Shown here one piece after another: positions 1-13,600 of a stretch of 63,033 bases of DNA (position 1 is its first letter; each line of letters starts with the position of its first letter). The position numbers and the translations under genes were made by a program. Location of the stretch: contig JAUCBJ010000595.1 in the NCBI GenBank assembly GCA_032718475.1, positions 1 to 63,033 on the forward strand, read 5' to 3'. Below the pieces are notes generated by a model. It saw nothing but the letters and a program-made list of their open reading frames with translations. It ran no database searches and was not told the origin of the DNA. Source of the DNA: Nemertoderma westbladi (Eukaryota; Animalia; Xenacoelomorpha).

Positions 1-494
1 TCGGGTTACAGTGGAAGGTTATTCTAACCAAAACAATAAACAAGAGTCGCGAACTCAGGATACATTTTCATACTTCCGATTGTTAGCAGTGGTTGTCGGC
101 GTAGCGTTTACACACAAAATTAAATTAACAATTATATATATACCGGTAATAGAAAATTACCAAAAAATATTTGTGTAAACAATACCAATAATACCAATAA
201 AAAAAACCAATACATATATCCCGCGGGGTTGATAAGCACATAATTGTGTTTCTTATTTAACTTTAGTAGTTATATCTAGGTAAGAGGTTGAACTAAGAAG
301 TAAATTGAGATTAATTGGCATTTATTACAATAAATTATTACAAAACAAAAACATTACAGTACTATAAATTTAATTTAAATTTGTTGAAAATTACAAAACG
401 TAAATTACGTAAATTGCAAAAATTATTACTATATATTAATTTATTGCATTAATGGCCGAGGATAATATTTCATTCGTAAAGTTGTCCCAGCAAT

Positions 495-1260
495 AAAATT
501 CGTAGGCGCAGTCAATAATTTGTACGTGTCGTGTAGTCAATGCAGTGGTTAAACTCATTTCCACGATCAATAATTCGTACACGGCGTTGTCGCAGCGGTT
601 AAACTCATTTCCACGATCAATAATTTGTATGCGGCGTCGTTGCAGCGGTTAAACTCATTTACACGGAGGATAATTCGTACACGGCATCGACGCAGCGGTT
701 AAACTCATTTCCACGGAGGATAATTCGTACGCGGCGTCGATGCAGCGGTTAAACTCATTTCCACGATCAATAATTCGTATGCGGCGTCGTCGCAGTGGTT
801 AAACTCATTGCCACGATCAATAATTCAAACACGGCGTCGTTGCAGCGGTTAAACTCATTGTCGCGGAGGATAGTTTGTACGCGGTGTCGTCGCAGTGGTT
901 AAACTCATTTTCACGGAGGATAATTCGACGCGGCGTCGACGCAGGGGTTAAACTCATTTACACGGAGGATAATTCGTACACGGCATCAACGCAGCGGTTA
1001 ATCATTTCCACGATCAATAATTCGTATGCGGCGTCGTCGCAGAGGTTAAACTCATTTCCATGATCAATAATTCGTATGCGGCGTCGTCGCAGTGGTTAAA
1101 CTCATTGCCACGATCAATAATTCAAACGCGGCGTCGTCTCAGCGGTTAAACTCATTGACACGGAGGATAATTCGTACGCTGAGTTGACGCAGTGGTTAAA
1201 CTCATTGCCATGCTCGATAATTCGTATGCAGAGTCAATGCACCAGTTAAACTCATCGTCA
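495..1260. repeat. 50-bp diverged tandem repeat (~15 units)
   Basis: GGTTAAACTCATT recurs at a 50-bp period (551, 601, 651, ...); two subtypes CCACGATCAATAAT and CACGGAGGATAAT. Confidence 0.93.
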
Positions 1261-1370
1261 CAGCTATGAAACATCATCAGTGAGTTGGGGCATCATCCAG
1301 AGAATATTCCTAGCCTTCAAACTCCACCACAAAGTAAAATAAAACTCGAGTTATTAACGTTTAAAGAATC

Positions 1371-1640
1371 AGCTAATCAGAGGCCGTATCTGGTGACCAC
1401 AGTATGGTCGCGACCTGGGACCCAAACTGGAGCTTCAGAGTACCGTCCAAAACATTTTCGCATAAAATTGTACCGTAAAATATCAAGGCCTGGGCACATT
1501 TTCGACGTTTGAAAGTAAGAGCCAATCAGGTGCCAGATATGGTGACCACGGTCTTGTCTCGACCTGAGACCCAGACTGCAGCTTCAGATTACCGGCCAAA
1601 ACATATTCACATAATATTATATCAAAAAATGTTATTGCCT
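1371..1640. repeat. Diverged direct repeat, two ~120-bp copies 150 bp apart
   Basis: AGCTAATCAG..TGGTGACCAC..CGACCTGGGACCCAAACTGGAGCTTCAGA..CCAAAACAT at 1371 and its counterpart at 1521. Confidence 0.8.
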
Positions 1641-4090
1641 ATAGGCAGGACACCTACCGGTACACGGTCAGTAATGATCATGTCCTGACTGCATGATTTC
1701 GGTCTGATGAAATTTTCTGTTGCATGCATCAGATACCCATCAATGGCCTTTACCCACCTTGATGGTCAAAATCCATTCCGTCAGATAGCCCTGGGTGAGG
1801 TATTGAAATAACGCAATTACATAGGCCTACAAGCCTACATAGGCAACTTTTAACTGCACCAAACAACCGTAATTTAGGCATTCAGAGTGCGCCCGACCAT
1901 GGGGAACATTATTGCCAACCTTGGGCATCTGCCTACAACGTTTTAAATAACTGCCAGAAAGCCTAAAGCATCCCCTTACATCTGTACATGTCTTAAGAAC
2001 AGACAAAAGGTACCCGGTACCGCGGCGCAGTACTGCTGTCTGGCTGTACCGGATGTGGTTGTTCTAGGCAAGCAGTGCATACAGCTCGGACTGACAGTAC
2101 CGATAGCAGACCCAGAGTACACCGGCACTGCAGACTATGATTAGCTACATACAGACAGAGCTAGGTAGTAGCTACCGGCATAGGTCAGTAGTATGAACAC
2201 AGTTTTTGGAGCATACTACCAACTACTGACTTTTGCTGAACCAGGCTGACGACTCAGCAGTTTAATTAATTGCAGCAGGATTGGATAAATTATTAATTAA
2301 TTTGGGGAACTTTACTAATTAGTAAAATCGTTAATTAGTTTGATTCAAAAGATTTTAGAGTAATTATCATTTGTAAAATAGTAAACCGCTTTGATACACC
2401 TTGTGAATAAGGATTTGGGGGCGGGGGGGACAAAGCCCCCCCGCCAATTAGGTAATTAAGTAATTAGTTAATTACTAATTAACGGTAGGAGATACGGCAT
2501 CGGTGCCAGAGACTTTTTTGTGTAGAATAAAATTCCGAACAACTTTGTGATGTTACGTTTTTTCATAGCTCTTAGTGTTTTCGAGTTACGACGCTAATTA
2601 GTTTTCGGCTAATTAGTACTAATTAACAGTAATAGGAGGGCCATAGCGATGACTGAACTTTTTTTAGATCTTACCGAGATGAACAAAAAAAAACACCGTT
2701 GCTAGGGGAAAAACCAAATACTTTTCGAGAAAAATCAATTAGAAATCTTTAATCGCTAATTACTAATTAATTAATTAACAGATTTTTTCCACAAAAACTC
2801 CTAGCTATCGCGCTAGGGTCATCTACCAGATCGCGCAAACAGAATCGTTCTAGCTTTCGCCGTTCTCCTGGAAAAATCCTTAAAAGATCCACCTAAAAAA
2901 AGATCAAAGCAAAGTGCCTACTTGATAAGGGGTGATACTAGACCGTTAAATTATGAGGTTTGAAGTTGGTGTTGATGGTGGGTTCTATGTTCCGTTAAAT
3001 AGGCTGCAGTATCTATACCTCATAATTCTCTGTCGAGCCTTTGGCTCTCCGGTTGCAGCCAAACCATCGAGAATTTTCTCGATTGATTGCAGCACAAATT
3101 TGCTATATAAAGGTGCGATTTGTTCATTAGTTATTCATTCATTCTTATCTTATATCTCTGAGATTTAATTATTCTGAGTTATCTAATATTTGTTCATTCT
3201 GTCATTAGTATTCAGATTACATTTTGTATTATTATCTGCAATAAATTCAGAAATACCGCTATCTGCTTTTCTTTCACCATGGATTCACTACGGTGAACAA
3301 ACTTAAGGACAGGATGGCCGGCTAGAGATCGGGCCGCAGCAATGAACGGGAACATCGGGGGAATGTAGACAAGAGACAACCCGCAATACCATCTTGAGTT
3401 ATTCGCCCATCGCCTGAAAGGTTAGACAGCGTTCGACGCCTTGCTACCTAAGTGTAAGACCAAAAGATCAAAAGGTAGAAGTAGTGACACGCTGTGAGCC
3501 TAAAATTACATCTTAGGGACTGTACTGTCTTGATTCAGGAAAAACCACAGTAGACCTTCACATTCCTACGGGGGGGGGGGGAGAGCAGGCAGAGATACTA
3601 GTACGCAGATAGGACGTAGGCACACCGGTACGAAGCATACAAATTGGTAGGGTGCAGCAAACTGTACGCCTAACTCTTGCTAAGTACAGGTGCGTTTGCG
3701 ACTATTTGCAGTACAACAGTGTCCATTGCATTAGAACTTGTAGGCTAGGAGGGTTGTTGTGTTTTCACCTGAATTGGGATTGTACTGTTCAGGCGGTAGG
3801 GCAGTTTACAACTAGGCGCAAATAAATTGAGGCTATTAGGGATATACTAACATCTACCGTGTCCCCGCCAACGCCCTGATAGGAAGTTACCCAGCCTACC
3901 TGGGTGACTAAAATTCTAGATAGGACGCCAGGATAGCTATTAGTAACTGTACGCCTACAGTAGTAAACTAACACATCTCTTCTTAGTATCAGGGACCTGG
4001 TACCTAAAATTGCCGAATTCTGGGCGTAGCCCGTAGCATTAACCTTATGCCTGAATTTGAGTCCTGGAAATACGCAAGAGGGGAAGGAAC

Positions 4091-4611
4091 CTTATCATTC
4101 GTGAGTATTGGACCTACAAGTTATAAAATTAGAATATTCGTAAAATGCACACCGTACCCAGTAATTATATATGTGAAGGAGCAAAACTGCTTTGACTGTT
4201 TAGAATTAATACACACGCGTTAGAAATTATTTACACCTCAAAATATATAAAATTAACTTTCGTCCTTACTGTGCTTTGCCCGCTAGTTAGACATCTCCAA
4301 ATCTCTGCCTCTGTACCTAGCTAGCGTCCCTTTCGCCCAACCATATAAATCACACCGCGGCAAAGTATACGAGCCCCTTAGTCCGTCAGTGAGTCAGCCT
4401 GATTTTAGGATTCGCTGCGCGGGATTTTGTTTCATCGAAGTTTGTCTGCTCGTAGACTGTTTTCTGCCTCACCGGTTATAAGAGATCGATACTGCAATAT
4501 ATTCGCTTACTTAGAGTTTACTGTTTTGGTGAGAAGGTCGGATTTATGATTTGATTCACAAACTTTACGGTAAGATATTGCAGGTATTGTTACCGTCTCT
4601 TCGAATATAAG
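4091..4611 (+). mobile_element. LTR-like segment abutting the interrupted exon
   Basis: Purine tract AAGAGGGGAAGGAA (4076-4089), imperfect terminal inverted repeat CTTATCATTCG..CGAATATAAG, TATA-like CATATAAAT at ~4342. No canonical TG..CA ends and no partner LTR or RT ORF seen. Confidence 0.35.
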
Positions 4612-4658
4612 TATCTTCCAGGAAGTGGTTCAACCCAGCGTCTTGTGTGATTGATAGA
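4608..4658 (-). CDS. Start of DysF exon ([18 protein letters not shown]), apparently interrupted
   Basis: Last acceptor copy at 4659-4660, phase-compatible with both 80-nt exons. Ferlin similarity stops after EDTY and the frame runs IRRDGNNTCNILP-stop. Confidence 0.6.
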
Positions 4659-7600
4659 CTAAAAGAAACACCAAACTAACTATTATATACAGGAAGTGGT
4701 TCAACCCAGCGTCTTGTGTGATTGATAGACTAAAAGAAACACCAAACTAACTATTATATACAGGAAGTGGTTCAACCCAGCGTCTTGTGTGATTGATAGA
4801 CTAAAAGAAACATCAAACTAACTATTATATTATCGTAAGTATCTTCCAGGAAGTGGTTCAACCCAGCGTCTTGTGTGATTGATAGACTAAAAGAATCACC
4901 AAACTAACTATTATATACAGGAAGTGGTTTAACCCAGCGTCTTGTGTGATTGATAGACTAAAAGAAACACCAAACTAACTATTATATACAGGAAGTGGTT
5001 CAACCCAGCGTCTTGTGTGATTGATAGACTAAAAGAAACATCAAACTAACTATTATATTATCGTAAGTATCTTCCAGGAAGTGGTTCAACCCAGCGTCTT
5101 GTGTGATTGATAGACTAAAAGAAACATCAAACTAATTATTATATTATCGTAAGTATCTTCCAGGAAGTGGTTCAACCCAGCGTCTTGTGTGATTGATAGA
5201 CTAAAAGAAACACCAAACTAACTATTATATTATCGTAAGTATCTTCCAGGAAGTGGTTCAACCCAGCGTCTTGTGTGATTGATAGACTAAAAGAAACACC
5301 AAACTAACTATTATATACAGGAAGTGGTTCAACCCAGCGTCTTGTGTGATTGATAGACTAAAAGAAACACCAAACTAACTATTATATACAGGAAGTGGTT
5401 CAACCCAGCGTCTTGTGTGATTGATAGACTAAAAGAAACATCAAACTAACTATTATATCATAGTAACAAGAATATCAATGTATTACATATTAAATTCTGG
5501 AATATAGTATTTGTGCTCTTATAAAAAAACTCGTGCTCCAATCCTTTTATAACATAAAAGGTAACCTTTTATAACCTGCGTTCTAGAATATAATACCTAG
5601 GATGCAAAATACATTACCTGCGTTCTAGAATATATTACCTGCGTTCTAGAATATATTACCTGCGTTCTAGAATATATTACCTGCGTTCTAGAATATATTA
5701 CCTGCGTTCTAGAATATATTACCTGCGTTCTTGAATATATTACCTGCGTTCTAGAATATATTACCTGCGTTCTATAATATATCACCAGCGTTCTAGAATA
5801 TATTACCTGCATTCTTGAATATATTACCTACGATATAGAATATATTACCTGCGTTCTATAATATATTACCTGCGTTCTAGAATATATTACCTGCGTTCTA
5901 GAATATATTACCTGCGATATAGAATATATTACCTGCGTTCTATAATATATTACCTGCGTTCTATAATATATTACCTGCGTTCTAGAATATATTACCTGCG
6001 TTCTAGAATATAATACCTGCGTTCTAGAATATATTACCTGCGTTCTAGAATATATTACCTGCGTTCTTCAATATATTACCTGCGTTCTAGAATATATTAC
6101 CTGCGTTCTAGAATATATTACCTGCGTTCTAGAATATATTACCTGCGTTCTAGAATATATTACCTGCGTTCTAGAATATATTATCTGCGTTCTAGAATAT
6201 ATTACCTGCGTTCTAGAATATATTACCTGCGTTCTTCAATATATTACCTGCGTTCTAGAATATATTACCTGCGTTCTAGAATATATTACCTGCGTTCTAG
6301 AATATATTACCTGCGTTCTAGAATATATTACCTGCGTTCTAGAATATATTACCTGCGTTCTAGAATATATTACCTGCGTTCTAGAATATATTACCTGCGT
6401 TCTAGAATATATTACCTGCGTTCTTCAATATATTACCTGCGTTCTTGAATATATTACCTGCGTTCTAGAATATATTACCTGCGTTCTATAATATATTACC
6501 TGCCTTTCTAGAATATATTACCTGCGTTCTAGAAGATATTACCTGCGTTCTAGAATATATTATCTGCGTTCTAGAATATATTACCTGCGTTCTAGAATAT
6601 ATTACCTGCGATATAGAATATATTACCTGCGTTCTAGAATATATTACCTGCGTTCTAGAATATATTACCTGCGTTCTTGAATATATTACCTGCGATATAG
6701 AATATATTACCTGCGTTCTAGAATATATTACCTGCGTTCTAGAATATATTACCTGCGTTCTAGAATATATTACCTGCGTTCTAGAATATATTACCTGCGT
6801 TCTAGAATATATTACCTGCGTTCTTGAATATATTACCTGCGTTCTATAATATATTACCTGCGTTCTAGAATATATTACCTGCGTTCTTGAATATATTACC
6901 TGCGTTCTAGAACATATTACCTGCATTCTATAATATATCACCAGCGTTCTAGAATATATTACCTGCGTTCTAGAATATATTACCTGCGTTCTAGAATATA
7001 TTACCTGCGTTCTATAATATATTACCTGCGTTCTATAATATATTACCTGCGTTCTAGAAGATATTACCTGCGTTCTAGAATATATTACCTGCGTTCTAGA
7101 ATATATTACCTGCGTTCTATAATATATTACCTGCGTTCTAGAAGATATTACCTGCATTCTAGAATATATTACCTGCGTTCTAGAATATATTACCTGCGTT
7201 CTATAATATATTACCTGGGTTCTAGAATATATTACCTGCGTTCTAGAATATATTACCTGCGTTCTAGAATATATTACCTGCGTTCTAGAATAGATTACCT
7301 GCGTTCTAGAATATATTACCTGTGTTCTAAAATATATTACATGTGTTCTAGAATATATTACCTGCGTTCTAGAATATATTACCTGCGTTCTAGAATATAT
7401 TACCTGCGTTCTAGAATATATTACCTGCGTTCTAGAATATATTACATGTGTTCTAGAATATATTACATGTGTTCTAGAATATATTACCTGCGTTCTAGAA
7501 TATATTACCTGCGTTCTAGAATATATTACCTGCGTTCTAGAATATATTACCTGCGTTCTAGAATATATTACCTGCGTTCTGGAGCAACAAGCCAATCGCT

Positions 7601-10600
7601 TTCCCAGTCCCACCCGCTTGGGGGTCGAAAATCTTCCCGCTTTATTTTAATCTACAAATAACATAACAGACAGACAGACATATAGAGATCATGCATTCTC
7701 TACTGGATATAAAAAACCGCAACGTGTTGTAGGAAAAATCACCGCAGAGATTAAAGAAATTAATAACCAAAGTGTTTACAGTGGCAGTAACCCGCTACCT
7801 AACTAACTACACAGCTGCATTGCTCATAAACTAGCTACCTAACTAACTACACAGCTGCATTGCTCATAAACTAGCTACCTAACTAACTACACAGCTGCAT
7901 TGCTCATAAACTAGCTACCTAACTAACTACACAGCTGCATTGCTCATAAACTAGCTACCTAACTATCTGTCCAGCTGCATTGCTCATAAACTAGCTACCT
8001 AACTAACTACACAGCTCCATTGCTCATAAACTAGCTACCTAACCATCTGTCCAGCTGCATTGCTCCTAAACCAGCTACCTAACTATCTGTCCAGCTGCAT
8101 TGCTTATAAACCAGCTACGTAACTATCTGTCCAGCTGCATTGCTCATAAACCAGCTACCTAACTTACTACACAGCTGCATTGCTCATAAACCAGCTACCT
8201 AACTAACTACACAGCTGCATTGCTCCTAAACCAGCTACCTAACTAACTACACAGCTACATTGCTCCTAAACCAGATACCTAACTAACTAAACAGCTGCAT
8301 TGCTCCTAAACCAGCTACCTAACTAACTAGACAACTGCATAGCTCATAAAACCGCTACCTAACTATCTGTCCAGCTACATTGCTCATAAACAAGCTACCT
8401 AACTATCTGTTCAGCTGCATTGCTCATAAACCAGCTACCTAACTATCTGCCCAGCTGCATTGCTCATAAACCAGCTACCTAACTATCTGCCCAGCTGCAT
8501 TGCTCATAAACCAGCTAACTAACTATCTGCCCAGCTGCATTGCTCATAAACAAGCTACCTAACTATATGTCCAGCTGCATTGCTCATAAACCAGCTACCT
8601 AACTAACTACACAGCTGTATTGCTCATAAACCAGCTACCTAACTAACTACACAGCTGCATTGCTCATAAACCAGCTACCTAACTATCTGCCCAGCTGCAT
8701 TGCTCATAAACCAGCTACCTAACTATATGTCCAGCTGCATTGCTCATGAACCAGCTACCTAACTATCTGCCCAGCTGCATTGCTTATAAACCAGCTACCT
8801 AACTATCTGCCCAGCTGCATTGCTTATAAACCAGCTACCTAACTAACTGCACAGCTGCATTGTTCATTTGCAGCTGGTTGTATTTCACATACAATATTGC
8901 AATAAAACGTGTTTCAAAACAAAAAATAAAAGTTCATGCAAAGTGTGGGATATTTATAGTGAAATAGGAAATAAATTATTACCAAAACCACCAAAGGTTG
9001 TATACATTTACAGTTGCTAGGTAACAACATTGTTTACTAATGTTACCTGAGTTCGGGACTTATAAACCAGTCTACCTCCCACTCCCAACCCTTAGGGTTT
9101 CTAAAACTCTCCTTCGGGGTGGCCAGCTAAGAATAACAATAATTCTAATATATAAAAAATTGGCATTAAATCCTAAAAACATAGACTCTTAGACATATAG
9201 CAAATATATTTTGAGATAAACACTTTTGTATTATATGTTAATAAATATACTGTGTCTGGGCATAGCACTGAAATGAAACTGAAAGTAATTGATAGATTAC
9301 ATACCTGTCCGCTGGAATCCGAGAACTTTGGTTTTGTCATTCCTTTGTTGGTCCACCCCGCGACGGGGACGTTAATCATATTCTCGTAACATTCGGCGAA
9401 CACGGAAATCTCGCCGGTACTCTGTGCGTTCTGCCATTCAGTTTGGTGTTGTTCTAATCCGAGCCAAATCTAAAGGGAAAATACCCCTTCTATTATATTG
9501 ACTAGGCCTCTAGTGCAAGTCAATTAATAAATTATAGAGTCTTTGTAATATAAGCTACAGAAAAAGGGAAGGTTGGATGCGATTACCGAACCAGAGGCTA
9601 TATCATATGGGAAAGGAGCAACAGTGATTGCGTTTCTAACAAAAATAAACAAATTTATCTTTTCTAATTTTTGAACACTCCCTCCTTTGCGCTATTTTAG
9701 CGATCCCCCGCCCCCACATTATTGAAATACCTTATGTTACATATGCGTAAACACATTCTATACCATAGTTACATATATTAATGTTTTCAAGAGCATAGAA
9801 TATAATCTACATACGGTATTCATACATAAATGCGTTCTAGAACATTCTTACCTTCATTCGAATCATCGCCGGTATTTTATGCGCCTTGTCTCCAGTTTCA
9901 CCAGCGGCCCCGGGGTACTAAAAAAAAATATAACAATTAATTGTTATTAATTCTAAATAAGTCTAAAGTAATAGTTTACAAATTGTATTAAAGCGTGAGC
10001 GGATGTATAACGCACATTTCGATAACAATTCCTCCGAATAAGTGTTCCAAAAATATTTGGAGGTTAATGTTTCTCATTTATAAGAATAAAAAACAACTAT
10101 AAAACCCACCTTTAGGAATATCGTCTGAGTTTTACCGCAATTCTTCCCGGACGCCCCTTTCACCTCGGAGTATAAGACATCGTAGGCCGGTATTCTGTAG
10201 TACGCTATCCGTTTATTCCCGCTTATCATCCACAGAATTACGTCCGGCATGCTGTTCTGGGGCTAAAATTAGATTAAAATTTAATTATAATAAATCAGTA
10301 AATTATGTAATTTTAGTAAATATTACGGGAACTATCCCATAAAGTTGTGAGAACTATTGTCAATCAGCACTGATACATTGTCAATCATAAACAACATTGT
10401 TTATAATACATAAACAAATTGTTCCAGAACATCGTGTATTTATTAAATAGAATAAATGGCCTGCAGTGAAGAATAATTCTTGCAATCTTTGAATGCCTAT
10501 ATCTCAGCTGTTTCTCAACGAAATTCAGTTATTGTTACATATTTCGAATTCTTGCTACGCAAGCTTTTTAATGATATGAAAAAGTTACGACTAAAGTGAA

Positions 10601-13600
10601 GAATGGCAATGATACGGAGGGTGCGATTTCGCAAAAGACACTTTTTTAAAACGCTTATAAAAAAATTCCGGCTTCATGGGGTCATCGACGGTGAGTGGAA
10701 CTAGTGGTGTTTCATATTTCAAGCAATATGATAAACATTTGTAGAAAAATCTGGGGGGGGGGGGGGTGGGTGTCCGTGTCATCAGAAAATGACACTATAT
10801 TACGGGACATGGTGTACTGTAGATATTTATCTTAAAAGAAGAGAAAACACAAAGTAACCATGGTAACATAGTAAACAAACCTCGAATGCGATGTCCAATA
10901 GATCGTTCTGCATTCCCTCGATGTCGTTGATAGCGTCACGGATATCAGTGGCGTTCTCCCGGAGATTGGCGGCGTTAGTGGCCACATTGCGGATGGTGGT
11001 TACCCGGTGTTTACTCAGGTGCATATCCAGTTGAGTACCGGAAGCTTTACGTGGGTCCATTTCCGGTAGAGGGTCGCTGAAACATTGTAAATATACCGGA
11101 CGTAATGAAAAATGAAAAAATGAAATGGAAGAGTTCAATTAATTTAAATGTGGGATAATTAAATAGAAAACAAATCGAACAACAATAACTCGCCATCCTC
11201 GCATGCCTTATGCAATATATGGAAATTGTTGAACTATAACTCGCCACTCGCCACGCATTTATGCGTGTGATATTTTTATAAAATGCTTACCAACAACGGC
11301 ATCGGCATGCGATAATGCGTGCGTTATGGACTATATAAATTGCTCACCAGGTCAACAATTCGTCATGCATTTACGAGTGCGATATGGAATATAAAATACT
11401 CACCAATAACAATATAACAATAGCAATATTTAATATATAAATTGCTTAACAACATGTCGTCATGCATTAATGTGGTTGTGTACTATTGAACTATATGAAC
11501 TATTGAAATTGCTCAACAATAACTCGGCATGCATTAATGTGGTTGTATACTATTGAACTATATGAACTATTGAAATTGCTCAACAATAACTCGGCATGCA
11601 TTAATGTGGTTGTATACTATTGAACTATATGAACTATTGAAATTGCTCAACAATAACTCGTCATGCATTAATGTGGTTGTATACTATTGAACTATATGAA
11701 CTATTGAACTATATGTACTATTGAACTATATGAACTATTGAAATTGCTCAACAATAACTCGTCATGCATTAATGTGGTTGTGTATTATTGAACTATATGA
11801 ACTATTGAAATTGCTCAACAATAACTCGTCATGCATTAATGTGGTTGTGTACTATTGAACCATATAAACTATTGAAATTGCTCAACAATAACTCGGCATG
11901 CATTAATGTGGTTGTATACTATTGAACTATATGAACTATTGAAATTGCTCAACAATAACTCGTCATGCATTAATGTGGTTGTGTACTATTGAACTATATG
12001 AACTATTGAAATTGCTCAACAATAACTCGGCATGCATTAATGTGGTTGTATACTATTGAACTATATGAACTATTGAAATTGCTCAACAATAACTCGTCAT
12101 GCATTAATGTGGTTGTGTACTATTGAACCATATAAACTATTGAAATTGCTCAACAATAAATCGTCATGCATTAATGTGGTTGTGTACTATTGAACTATAT
12201 GAACTATTGAACTATATGTACTATTGAACTATATGTACTATTGAAATTGCTCAACAATAACTCGTCATGCATTAATGTGGTTGTATACTATTGAACTATA
12301 TGAACTATTGAAATTGCTCAACAATAACTCGGCATGCATTAATGTGGTTGTATACTATTGAACTATATGAACTATTGAAATTGCTCAACAATAACTCGTC
12401 ATGCATTAATGTGGTTGTGTACTATTGAACTATATGAACTATTGAACTATATGTACTATTGAACTATATGAACTATTGAAATTGCTCAACAATAACTCGT
12501 CATGCATTAATGTGGTTGTGTACTATTGAACTATATGAACTATTGAACTATATGTACTATTGAACTATATGAACTATTGAAATTGCTCAACAATAACTCG
12601 TCATGCATTAATGTGGTTGTGTACTATTGAACTATATGAACTATTGAAATTGCTCAACAATAACTCGGCATGCATTAATGTGGTTGTATACTATTGAACT
12701 ATATGAACTATTGAAATTGCTCAACAATAACTCGTCATGCATTAATGTGGTTGTGTACTATTGAACCATATAAACTATTGAAATTGCTCAACAATAACTC
12801 GTCATGCATTAATGTGGTTGTGTACTATTGAACTATATGAACTATTGAACTATATGTACTATTGAACTATATGTACTATTGAAATTGCTCAACAATAACT
12901 CGTCATGCATTAATGTGGTTGTATACTATTGAACTATATGAACTATTGAAATTGCTCAACAATAACTCGGCATGCATTAATGTGGTTGTATACTATTGAA
13001 CTATATGAACTATTGAAATTGCTCAACAATAACTCGTCATGCATTAATGTGGTTGTGTACTATTGAACTATATGAACTATTGAACTATATGTACTATTGA
13101 ACTATATGAACTATTGAAATTGCTCAACAATAACTCGTCATGCATTAATGTGGTTGTGTACTATTGAACTATATGAACTATTGAACTATATGAACTATTG
13201 AACTATATGTACTATTGAACTATATGAACTATTGAAATTGCTAACAATAACTCGTCATGCATTAATGTGGTTGTGAACTATTGAACTATATGAACTATTG
13301 AAATTGCTCAACAATAACTCGTCATGCATTAATGTGGTTGTGTACTATTGAACTATATGAACTATTGAAATTGCTCAACAATAACTCGTCATGCATTAAT
13401 GTGGTTGTGTACTATTGAACTATATGAACTATTGAACTATATGTACTATTGAACTATATGAACTATTGAAATTGCTCAACAATAACTCGTCATGCATTAA
13501 TGTGGTTGTGTACTATTGAACTATATGAACTATTGAACTATATGTACTATTGAACTATATGAACTATTGAAATTGCTCAACAATAACTCGTCATGCATTA

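Noticed and set aside
495-5458. CRISPR-like appearance of the 50-bp and 71/86-bp arrays
   Set aside because: No unique spacers, no cas genes, eukaryotic intron context.
5597-7661. (RTQVIYS)n and (SRIYYLR)n ORFs
   Set aside because: Translation of the 21-bp repeat in frames other than the ferlin frame, which stops immediately after the donor.
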